Of a DNA stretch of 64,000 nucleotides, positions 10,101-17,586 are shown one piece after another. The translations under genes were made by a program, and so were the position numbers. The stretch's first letter is position 1; every line of letters starts with the position of its first letter. Under the pieces are notes generated by a model. That model was not told the origin of the DNA, did no database searches, and saw only the letters and a list, made by a program, of their open reading frames with translations. The DNA is from a virus (taxonomy: Duplodnaviria > Caudoviricetes), in IMG/VR virus record IMGVR_UViG_3300037608_000261, positions 17,920-81,919 of that record, one strand, 5' to 3'.

Positions 10101-11463
10101 TCATGTAGCCGGTTGCTGCAACTCCGCCCATGTTCTCGACGAATCTTGCCAGGAACGCACGGTTTGATGTAGCCGTTATATCTCCGTCTTCAGAAGGTTG
10201 AAAAAGGGCAAGGTCTTTGTCGGTAAGTTTTGCTGCATCCGCCCTGGCAAGTTCAGAAGGCGCCATTTGGGCAATCTCGTCTTCGTTGGCCTTTCTTGTA
10301 AACTCTGCCCGGTCTATTTCAGTAATGCGGATTCTTACCAGCACGGGTTTATCCATACCTTCGATAATCTTTCCGGAAATACCAAAATTACCTGAATTAT
10401 CAATTATCCACTGCTTGTATTCCTGCCCTTTTGTACCTGAATTATATGCTTTGCGTATTGCTATAGTCCTGCCGTTGCCAGACTCAACAGTGAGGTCCTG
10501 GCCGATAACAGGAGCTCCCGTTGAAACGCTTGTAGATTCTCCAAGACGTTCCGGATTTAACTTTCCAGCCATTTGCTCAACCTGTAATTTCATACCTTCC
10601 CTGGTACGGTCCCTGGGCTGAAGGTCCTGTGAAAAACCCTCATTGAGAGACATATCATCATCATGGGAAGTAATCAGGCGGTCGATCTCTACCACGGCAT
10701 ATTGAAGATCAATAGGGGTATTGTCATTAAGGTAGGAGGTTGCCTTTTCGCCTTTGGTGATGCCTGTTTCATTTTCGTCGTCAAGCTCTGCGGATTTCTC
10801 ACGCATACTCTTGATCTTACTTTCAAGCTCTGAAATCTCTCTGGAAATGAATTTCTTTACTACAATGGGCCCGAACATTGCCGCAAATACGTTCTCTATG
10901 TCGTCGAAAGAATGAGCGGCTTTAACTGCTTGATTATAGTCGGTGACTGGCTGGACACGCTCGAAAATGGGCTTGATAGAATTGGAAAGCGGGTCTATAC
11001 TCTCTTTGTAGAGAGCGTCATGCTCTCTGTCAAAAGGCTCCAAACCCCGGGCTTCTAACCTGGGTAAAATTGGGGCCTTTCTTTTTTCCATAAGTACATC
11101 CGGATCAGAAAACAGGTCTACATATCCTTCAGGCGGGATAAATCCTAATACCTCAAAATCACGGATGCTGTTTTGTTTTCCGTCTTCAAGATAAATCTTG
11201 CTAAGGGTAAGAACATGGTATATGTCTTCAGGAAAGGTTTGATCGCTTTCTTCCAGATCGAATTTATAGCCTCTCATTCCGAATCCGAATTCACGAAAAT
11301 ACTCTTTTAAAACTTTCTCCGGCATTTTAAGGCCATAATTATTGATCTGAAATTTTGCCGGGCAGTCAAACTCTGTCGGTTCTATTCTAAGCCCTATTTC
11401 TCCTGCAAGGGTCATAATGTTAAAAGTATAAGGAGTTACCGGATATTGAATGTTTTCAATCAT
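7135..11463 (-). CDS. Polyvalent DdrB-like internal virion protein (ddrB-type ParB, LPD3-like, inorganic-pyrophosphatase-like and second ParB-like domains)
   Basis: 1442 aa; QPRDR...GAPVIG...VESGNGRT (ddrB-ParB); EPTEAQKEAGNYRKGH...IENPKGSERSG...HYGY...DGDNFDV (InPase of polyvalent proteins); PILIGPDGDIIDGRNR (ParB/Srx). Confidence 0.8.
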   Translation of the reverse strand: MIENIQYPVTPYTFNIMTLAGEIGLRIEPTEFDCPAKFQINNYGLKMPEKVLKEYFREFGFGMRGYKFDLEESDQTFPEDIYHVLTLSKIYLEDGKQNSIRDFEVLGFIPPEGYVDLFSDPDVLMEKRKAPILPRLEARGLEPFDREHDALYKESIDPLSNSIKPIFERVQPVTDYNQAVKAAHSFDDIENVFAAMFGPIVVKKFISREISELESKIKSMREKSAELDDENETGITKGEKATSYLNDNTPIDLQYAVVEIDRLITSHDDDMSLNEGFSQDLQPRDRTREGMKLQVEQMAGKLNPERLGESTSVSTGAPVIGQDLTVESGNGRTIAIRKAYNSGTKGQEYKQWIIDNSGNFGISGKIIEGMDKPVLVRIRITEIDRAEFTRKANEDEIAQMAPSELARADAAKLTDKDLALFQPSEDGDITATSNRAFLARFVENMGGVAATGYMTKDGGYTKQLIDRVQAAIFQKAYQDDNLLALMAEEMDPKIKNILSAMTVAAGEFSQAKALSSDLMGINIPGCIIEAAKLVKRSKGDGESLEMVLNQGGFFDNVSEDTKHIARFINDSIRSAKRMGAVFKEAGRLLKTRLEYEKAPKLIDAGEPLPTPTQIVTLAIEKEKTAREGTRLFESAGGVLMTLTGKELGDDIDSENSVKTARAYYRAKLQGKTVTREGVGEIRFSGKGWEKFRRGIKTDIKKAKLLPVAPVIIQYGKHCVSDPFKTRHDNIKRFHFFDGKVEMENEIILVGVTVGEDDRGHLFYNLNHDPDVLYEKRKAPSLSGVEARRSGPLESSVPENLAPASEPSYREHYTHYKESIGADMNAVKEILESSAIDKEAHKAASSPKNNLSEPTEAQKEAGNYRKGHVTISGLAIAIENPKGSERSGIDPNGKKWSVTMPAHYGYVKKTKAPDGDNFDVYIGENTDSERVFIVDQLDVDTGKFDECKGIIGCNDSEDAREVYCKGFSDGKGVYRIGAITELSMEAFKKWLREGDIMKSASNTILESAQNEDIDAATEVAKGILESANTFAWQDFYKNVLKINKYRDTFGKVSDAEKKHWSAAGDYWQLEIIDPKTLNPVNDPDADHSKPILIGPDGDIIDGRNRRATAIENKDKSIVAWRAYLGKMTEGLKPRDHVQDGGKNLFEDTGEFDWRRAVSVSVSFDEIFSVFEKIFPMVINNSKKSWEMTIAEFWKRNPEIVSEAQAYAVHFTDIQDAIKAGKDIPAEVINEYQDILSDKKRNDKDIPSLINVLVAEERAQGQAYPRAEAYRNYLKALNEASTRKQIMEITSEADSYLTQGDRYLREENPTADKIRSFLNNLIIEKRRSVTPSYDTARLDAFIDDYHQKYKSILAMEESKGKTYGKNIKKILGYLQEISGIMKDSAHIGLYEQSDFSTLREEINRSIIPNIRRTLKQDPLNMLSDQRNMDKLLKLIKTSLQEGRA

Positions 11464-13586
11464 TTCAAGTCCTCAATAAATGTTGGGAGTTCTTCAATGT
11501 CTTGTAATTCAGGAGGCACTAACTTCTGTTTTACGCTGAGCTCCAGCTTGTAACCAATTGTTGATGCTGTTTTCGGATCAACAATGATTCCTTTTTGAAC
11601 GTAAAGGAGATAAAGGAATACAAAATTTCTTGCGTCCTGCCTGTTGCTAAAATACATACCGTGGGTTGCCATACCAGGTCCTTTAGGATCACCGGGGTAA
11701 TAATAATAAATTACTGTTGTTCCTTTGCTTTTGCCTCTGGACGCACCATAACCGTCTATGCTGACAATCAGCCCGTCGCCTTTACCTTTCCAGAATTCAT
11801 CATCTTTGGCTTTTTTTGCTAAGGACGCATAGAATTTATCAATAATTTCCTGCCTGCTTGTCTCGTTTAATGCAGCTTGCTGCACGATTCCCTTTTTGGC
11901 AATTTCTCTGGCTGTCGGCTTTGATCTCATGAAGCCAACCATCAGACTGAACATCTGCGGATCGCGCTTTGCAAGAAAGATTGTGTCTTCCGGAGAGGAA
12001 AACATCTGTAACCCCATGGAAAGCACTTCGGTAGAGGCTTGGCGATAAACTTTACCAACATAAGGATCAAAGAAATCATCTGTATAGGCAACTTCATCTG
12101 ATCTAAAACCAGGGTTCCCGGTAATGCTCTTCAAGCTCTTGAGCCCTTTCTCCTTTTTTGCTCTTGTATCCCGAAACGTTTCGCCCATGACTTCCAGTTT
12201 CATCTCTGCTTCCAGCAAGTGCGCCATTTCATGAAACAAAATCTTTTTTGTAAAGCGGCTGTCAACGTAGATTAACCCGCGAGAATGAATGGCATTTGCC
12301 CTTTTGTCTCCCTTTGAATCAAAAAACGCCTTGCCGATCCTGCCGCCTGTTAACCGGTAAAATTCTGCCATGTCCTTTCTGATTGCGTTTTCATCATATC
12401 CTTGCTTTTTTAGACGGGCTTTCGCTGTTTTACTTATCGCCTGGCTTTTTACCCACTGATCGGCTTCTTCTTCTGTCACGGGGGATACTTCAAGGATTTT
12501 AGCGACAACGACTTTCCCTGCCTGATCGGTAATCTCTTTTTTTCTGGCTTCCAGGCCCTTGATCTCTCCTTCCATATACTTGGTTTCAAGATCGGCCATT
12601 TTCTCACGGTATTTCTGTCCTATAGGCTCTATGAATGCATTCTGGAGGTCGCTTACTTTAGAAGAAATTTTGTCATATTCCTCGGCGTATCGTTTCAAAT
12701 ACTCATTTTGTTCTGTTGACCATTTGGGCCATCCTCCAGCACCGCTATCGCGTTGAGCTTTTTGATTGTTGTACACCCAGTCGTTGCGTTCTTTGTTCAT
12801 GTCATATAATTTCTTTGTCAGGACGTCCAGCCCACACGCTTTTCTTGCCGCTTCCTTATCCACTGCTAACTGATTAATCGTCTCCTCTAATTCCTCATTA
12901 TATTGCTGATGCAGGACATCTATTTTCTTTTGAAGTTCATCAATCTGATTCACATTTTCGTAAAAACTTGGCATAGCCTCATTGAGCAGTTTTTCTCCGT
13001 CTTTGCAATTCCTGTCAAAAAGATATTTGCCAACTAATGCAGGGGATTGAAGTTCTATTATGGCAGCATCTTTCATTGCTTTCCCTGCCATGTTCTTGAA
13101 GCCAGGGTTGTAACGGCATTCTCTGGCTATGCCTTCAATCTCACGGGCAATTTCGTATTTTATTTCAATGTCCGTTTCTGCCCGAAAGACATCATGAAGA
13201 GCCATAGCTTTCTTCGCAGCATCGTACTCTTTTTCCCATGAATCAGGATTAATACTGTAAGGAAAAAGACGAACGAATATGTTCAGAATGTCATCAAAGT
13301 TAAGAGCGTTTTGGACAAGACGAGGGTAATTGTCTTTTGCCGTAACAAAAACCACTTTAACTGGTGGGGTGTTGTCTGCACCTTCAAGTACTTTATCCTC
13401 TTCTTTGACGCCCATGGACTTTTTGAAAACGCCTACTACGTATTTCCTATAGGCTTCTCCGTCATCTGCCTCAGAAATACCGGCCTGTTCCTCGGTAATC
13501 TTCTTGGCTTTCTCCCATCGGTTTTCAGCTTCAGAAATACTGATGTTCTTTTCTTCTGCAAGAGTTCTTACAAGCGCCGCAGGCAT
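11460..13586 (-). CDS. Polyvalent protein with coiled coil and zincin metallopeptidase (HEXXH) domain
   Basis: 708 aa; ILFHEMAHLLE followed by YVGKVY...TEVLSMG; overlaps the next gene (ATGA coupling). Confidence 0.7.
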   Translation of the reverse strand: MPAALVRTLAEEKNISISEAENRWEKAKKITEEQAGISEADDGEAYRKYVVGVFKKSMGVKEEDKVLEGADNTPPVKVVFVTAKDNYPRLVQNALNFDDILNIFVRLFPYSINPDSWEKEYDAAKKAMALHDVFRAETDIEIKYEIAREIEGIARECRYNPGFKNMAGKAMKDAAIIELQSPALVGKYLFDRNCKDGEKLLNEAMPSFYENVNQIDELQKKIDVLHQQYNEELEETINQLAVDKEAARKACGLDVLTKKLYDMNKERNDWVYNNQKAQRDSGAGGWPKWSTEQNEYLKRYAEEYDKISSKVSDLQNAFIEPIGQKYREKMADLETKYMEGEIKGLEARKKEITDQAGKVVVAKILEVSPVTEEEADQWVKSQAISKTAKARLKKQGYDENAIRKDMAEFYRLTGGRIGKAFFDSKGDKRANAIHSRGLIYVDSRFTKKILFHEMAHLLEAEMKLEVMGETFRDTRAKKEKGLKSLKSITGNPGFRSDEVAYTDDFFDPYVGKVYRQASTEVLSMGLQMFSSPEDTIFLAKRDPQMFSLMVGFMRSKPTAREIAKKGIVQQAALNETSRQEIIDKFYASLAKKAKDDEFWKGKGDGLIVSIDGYGASRGKSKGTTVIYYYYPGDPKGPGMATHGMYFSNRQDARNFVFLYLLYVQKGIIVDPKTASTIGYKLELSVKQKLVPPELQDIEELPTFIEDLK

Positions 13587-13599
13587 AACCCAGTTCCCC

Positions 13600-14697
13600 T
13601 TAATTCACGTAACTGTTTGTTCTGGTCCAGAGTTTCCCGAACACTTCGCTGAGCGCGCTTTCCATGATTGCTTCAATCTTGTCCTGGTTGGTTTCAATGT
13701 ACGTGATTGTAGGTGGCTTTACGGGTTCGATATCGTTAATTTCCTCTACAATATCCTTCAGGACCTTCAAAAATACTTCGGGTGGTTCGTTGTTGTATTT
13801 GCCTGCAATAAGGTCGGTAAGTTTCTGATTCTGGTGTGGCCCTCCCTGACCATTTATGTAATTGGAATATGCTTTCACGGCATCGTAGGGTTCCGGAAAG
13901 TATTCAGTAACCCCTGCGCCTTTCTGATACATTACCCGGTAACCTTCACCTTGGCTGTATGATAGGAGAGCATCTCCACCGATACCGCCATGAAGAGTAA
14001 AGGCAATGCTGTCGCTTCGATCCTCAAGGACTTCTCCGCCGTGATCGATTACGGCGTTTTTCATCTTACGGATATCAGGATCGCCTTTTGGGTATTCGTC
14101 CTCTGTACCTGTCTTTTCGCCCACGCCTTTAACCTGTCCAAGTGTCTTGGTTCTCCAATATAAGTCAAGTTCAACATTAAGCCGTATCAGTTCTTCGATA
14201 TTGATATACCCCAGTTCTGCATTCTGTTTGTCATTGTTCAGGATCGCGTAACCAAATGCCTGAAGCTGCTCTTCTTCCGAATCCTTTTCTGTAATGTACC
14301 AGTCTGACCCGCCTTTGAAATAATGAAGATATACAACCGCGTCGTCGCCTTTGCCATCCTGCCCGTAAACCTTCGGCATGTCGTTAATAGCCTTGGCAAT
14401 TTCCACAAATTTGTCTTTAAAGGATTGACCTTCTTCACCCCTGGTCCCATTACCCATTGCGGATAATTGAGACGGTCCTATAAAATGCTTTACCAGAGGC
14501 ATGACATTATTAACGTCAGCTATCGTTGCAGGCTGCGGTTCAACTATGTCCAGCTTTTCCTTCAACTTTGCGAAAGCGTCCTGTATTTCCTTCTGAAGCG
14601 TTCTCTTCTCAGCAAAGGGGAGAGTACCAGCCTGAAGGTTAGCCAGATTCATTGTAATTACTTTTTGTAGACCTCGTTTTTCAGAGAATGAAAGCAT
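13600..14697 (-). CDS. Dar-cluster protein: DUF2958-like domain plus DarA C-terminal-like domain
   Basis: 365 aa; LHYFKGGSDWYITEKD...AFGY...ELGYINIEEL...VELDLYW; C-terminal LTDLIAGKY matches LNDILAGKY in DarA; N-terminal duplicated EKRxLQK. Confidence 0.65.
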   Translation of the reverse strand: MLSFSEKRGLQKVITMNLANLQAGTLPFAEKRTLQKEIQDAFAKLKEKLDIVEPQPATIADVNNVMPLVKHFIGPSQLSAMGNGTRGEEGQSFKDKFVEIAKAINDMPKVYGQDGKGDDAVVYLHYFKGGSDWYITEKDSEEEQLQAFGYAILNNDKQNAELGYINIEELIRLNVELDLYWRTKTLGQVKGVGEKTGTEDEYPKGDPDIRKMKNAVIDHGGEVLEDRSDSIAFTLHGGIGGDALLSYSQGEGYRVMYQKGAGVTEYFPEPYDAVKAYSNYINGQGGPHQNQKLTDLIAGKYNNEPPEVFLKVLKDIVEEINDIEPVKPPTITYIETNQDKIEAIMESALSEVFGKLWTRTNSYVN

Positions 14698-14698
14698 G

Positions 14699-16408
14699 TT
14701 ATGCAGCCTCCTTTTTCAAGAGTTCTGTTAAGTGATCCGCTGCGCTATTTAATAGAGAGTCGAATTCCTGAGCTTTCCCTTCTGCTTCCAGATCGGCAGC
14801 AGCCTTATCAAGGGCATCTCCCAACTTACCGGAATCTCCATCATATTTACCGGCAAGAATGTCGTTAAGGACGCTAACGGCTGGGGATTCGGTTGTATCG
14901 GTAGGTCCCTTAGTTGTATCCTGAGCGCCGCCTGCCAGTTTCAGCGACCCGTCAGCAAGGTATCCCTGAAGTTTGTCGTAGCTGATGCTGATACTGCTGT
15001 TATCGCTCTCAAATGTGATTGCGGGGAGATTTGAACCGCCAGCCTCCGCGCCGTCAAGCCTACGAACGGAAAACCCACTCATGTAATCATCCGCCTCAAA
15101 CGCTGGCGACACAAAGGTTTTACGGCTGAGCATATACTGGTCACCAACCTTAAACTGGCTTACAACGGATTGATATTTCGCCGCCCACCCTGCCACGGTT
15201 TCCCTGTCCTTGATTGCAGCATCGAATGCCTTGATAGCTTTATCAAAGGCATTGTTGGCTGTGACAATTCCCTTTGCCTCAAATTTTTTATCGGCTGCAT
15301 AAACAACGACCTTGCCTGCTGGCGCTTCGTCAACCATTTCAACGTAATAGGTGACCGATATGGTTTCGACCGCAAGCTTCCCTTTATAAGTTCCAACCAT
15401 GTCGATCCTGAATTCGTTGTCGTTTGTTCCACTTCTTTCTGCGCCCCGCCCCACCAATTCTTGCTCAAACTCTGCCTTCTTTGCCTTAAATTCCGTCCTT
15501 TCCTGCTCTGCTTTCATCTCTGCCTCGGTCTTCGGAGTGTCCCCGCCTGTTGCTTTTCCGTCATTACCTGCCTGCTTTCCTTTCAGTGCATCTATTTTAT
15601 TCTGTAAATCATCATTAAAGGCTTTCTGTTTCTCTATCCGTTCCTTCAGGTTGATAACTTTAGCATCTGCGGCTTCGACGGAATCCTGCTTTTCCTTCAG
15701 TGCAGCAACAAGCTCATCATGCTGTTTTACTACCGTATCAGCTTGTGCCTTCAGGTCCCCAAGTTGCTTTTTCTGTTCAAGAAGTTCTTTCTGCATAACC
15801 TGAAAGCGAACACTGTTTTTTTCCACCAGTTGTGCCGTTCTCTTGCCAATTTCCTGGAGGCTTATCTCAGCGTCATTTTCAGGAGACACGACATGGGTTA
15901 TATCTCTCTTATTCAAGAGCCAACGGAAAGCAATAATTTCATCATCTGCCGTGATCTTCATTTTGTTGTTATCCGGACTATGGAAAATTACGCTCACCAC
16001 CTGACCATCGCTAAATGGAATCTGGACAGTGACGGAAGCAAATAGACCTGTTTTCTTTGGTGTTCCGATTACCGGACTCATGGCTTCGATGTTCTTGTCT
16101 TTCAAATAACCGTTGAACACGCGCACAAGGGCGGCCATTTTAGTATCCGTCCGTGCAAACTTCTGAATCGTAATGGCTTCAAGAATCAGGAGCTCTTCGG
16201 TCTTCAGCCTGTCGTTTTCGTCATAAAAGTCCCCAGGGTTATAGACATCATTCACTTCATCCATGGTGGCAGTTTCGAATAGAAAACGTTCCTGCCTTTT
16301 ATCGGCAGTCAGCTTGTAATATGCTTCAGATAACTGAATGCCGGTAAAGCCTGTAGCAAAATAGTCATATCCTGTTTTAATCCTCTTACCTTCTGTCAGT
16401 GGATTCAT
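14699..16408 (-). CDS. darA: DarA-like head protein
   Basis: 569 aa; IPFSDGQVVSVIFHSPD...FRWLLNKRDITHVVSPE (DarA N-domain), coiled coil, DarA C-like tail; follows hdf as in P1. Confidence 0.85.
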   Translation of the reverse strand: MNPLTEGKRIKTGYDYFATGFTGIQLSEAYYKLTADKRQERFLFETATMDEVNDVYNPGDFYDENDRLKTEELLILEAITIQKFARTDTKMAALVRVFNGYLKDKNIEAMSPVIGTPKKTGLFASVTVQIPFSDGQVVSVIFHSPDNNKMKITADDEIIAFRWLLNKRDITHVVSPENDAEISLQEIGKRTAQLVEKNSVRFQVMQKELLEQKKQLGDLKAQADTVVKQHDELVAALKEKQDSVEAADAKVINLKERIEKQKAFNDDLQNKIDALKGKQAGNDGKATGGDTPKTEAEMKAEQERTEFKAKKAEFEQELVGRGAERSGTNDNEFRIDMVGTYKGKLAVETISVTYYVEMVDEAPAGKVVVYAADKKFEAKGIVTANNAFDKAIKAFDAAIKDRETVAGWAAKYQSVVSQFKVGDQYMLSRKTFVSPAFEADDYMSGFSVRRLDGAEAGGSNLPAITFESDNSSISISYDKLQGYLADGSLKLAGGAQDTTKGPTDTTESPAVSVLNDILAGKYDGDSGKLGDALDKAAADLEAEGKAQEFDSLLNSAADHLTELLKKEAA

Positions 16409-17016
16409 GCCGCCACCTCCTTTAACTGGTCGTATTCTGTCTGTAGAGATTCTCCCACGGCAACCAGATTGCTTAATTCGGTTTCAAGAGCAGCTACAGT
16501 ATTGCTTTTCTCTGTACCGGCGGTTTCAATCTCTGTTATCTGTGCGGTGATCTCTGCGTTGGCTGTATTTGTGTCATCAACGGTAGTCTGCATCTGTGAA
16601 ATATGCTCAGCCACCGTTGTGTTGACAGCTTTTATCTTAGGTATAACGACCTTTTGGCGCGCAAGAGCCTTCTCCTTCATTTTCTGATAATGAGGTTCGT
16701 TCGCCTTAACATAATCAACAACTTCCTGAATCGCCTTGTCGAGGTCGTCAACGTTCTTGATGGCCAAGACTTTGTTGTTCAGCTTGACCTGGAAAATTGA
16801 GCCACCCGCTTTTGCTTTCACGAGAAGTTTCTGTCCGCTCTCGAAGTTAATGATTGCGGATTTTACCTGGAATCCAGATTCACGCTTTGCCTTATTATCG
16901 GCCTCCACGTCAGCAACCGGCAAACCCGTTTTCTCGAACTTTTCCAGAATAGGCTTTAGCCCCACCTTGTTGAATTTGTCAAAATCGATATGAATCATCC
17001 TTAGCCTCCCTTTCAA
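16405..17016 (-). CDS. hdf: Hdf-like protein (DarA N-domain homologue); likely start MIHIDF at 16998
   Basis: 203 aa; KAKRESGFQVK...FESGQKL...GSIFQVKLNNK plus coiled coil; directly upstream of darA. Confidence 0.8.
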   Translation of the reverse strand: MKGRLRMIHIDFDKFNKVGLKPILEKFEKTGLPVADVEADNKAKRESGFQVKSAIINFESGQKLLVKAKAGGSIFQVKLNNKVLAIKNVDDLDKAIQEVVDYVKANEPHYQKMKEKALARQKVVIPKIKAVNTTVAEHISQMQTTVDDTNTANAEITAQITEIETAGTEKSNTVAALETELSNLVAVGESLQTEYDQLKEVAA

Positions 17017-17025
17017 TTAACTGTT

Positions 17026-17574
17026 TTAATCTATTGGCATCGTGGGCCACACCGGATTTTCATAATCTATTACCCCCGGTAAATCCCTTAACGCTTTTTT
17101 GTATGTCCGCCAAGCCGACTTTTGTTCTGCTAACATGACTTCCCAGCGATCTGCATTACAATGGACCGTGTCCGCTTCATTCAGTAGTTGATTTCGTTTT
17201 GGCCGGATATCCGTATCCAGCCATCTCTCGCGGTTTAATACCCATTTACCGTCATCAAAATCATGATACGCTGACGGCTGCGGATTATGATCAGCATCAG
17301 TTTCCTCAGGGAGAACATCCAACGCCTCGATCCGGAATTGTGTGCCATCGCGCTTCCACCACACCTCTCCACGGTAGTCAGCTACTATATGCCACGCTCC
17401 ATCATGGAAAACAGGGGCTTCATGTTCACCTGCCTGCGGCGGAGCATCGATAGTTGAGTGTGCTGGCATCAGATACACCTCTTTGTCCTGCTTTTTTGTT
17501 TCGAGCGGGTCTATTCTGGCTTCAGATGCCCCCATATATATTCCGGTTAATAGATCATAATGATATATCTGCAC
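17026..17574 (-). CDS. Tail fibre assembly chaperone
   Basis: 182 aa; MQIYHYDLLTGIYMG...PAHSTIDAPP...WHIVADYRG; C-terminal IRPKRNQLL...WRTYKKALRDLP; follows the fibre gene. Confidence 0.85.
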   Translation of the reverse strand: MQIYHYDLLTGIYMGASEARIDPLETKKQDKEVYLMPAHSTIDAPPQAGEHEAPVFHDGAWHIVADYRGEVWWKRDGTQFRIEALDVLPEETDADHNPQPSAYHDFDDGKWVLNRERWLDTDIRPKRNQLLNEADTVHCNADRWEVMLAEQKSAWRTYKKALRDLPGVIDYENPVWPTMPID

Positions 17575-17586
17575 ACGTCCTCCTTA

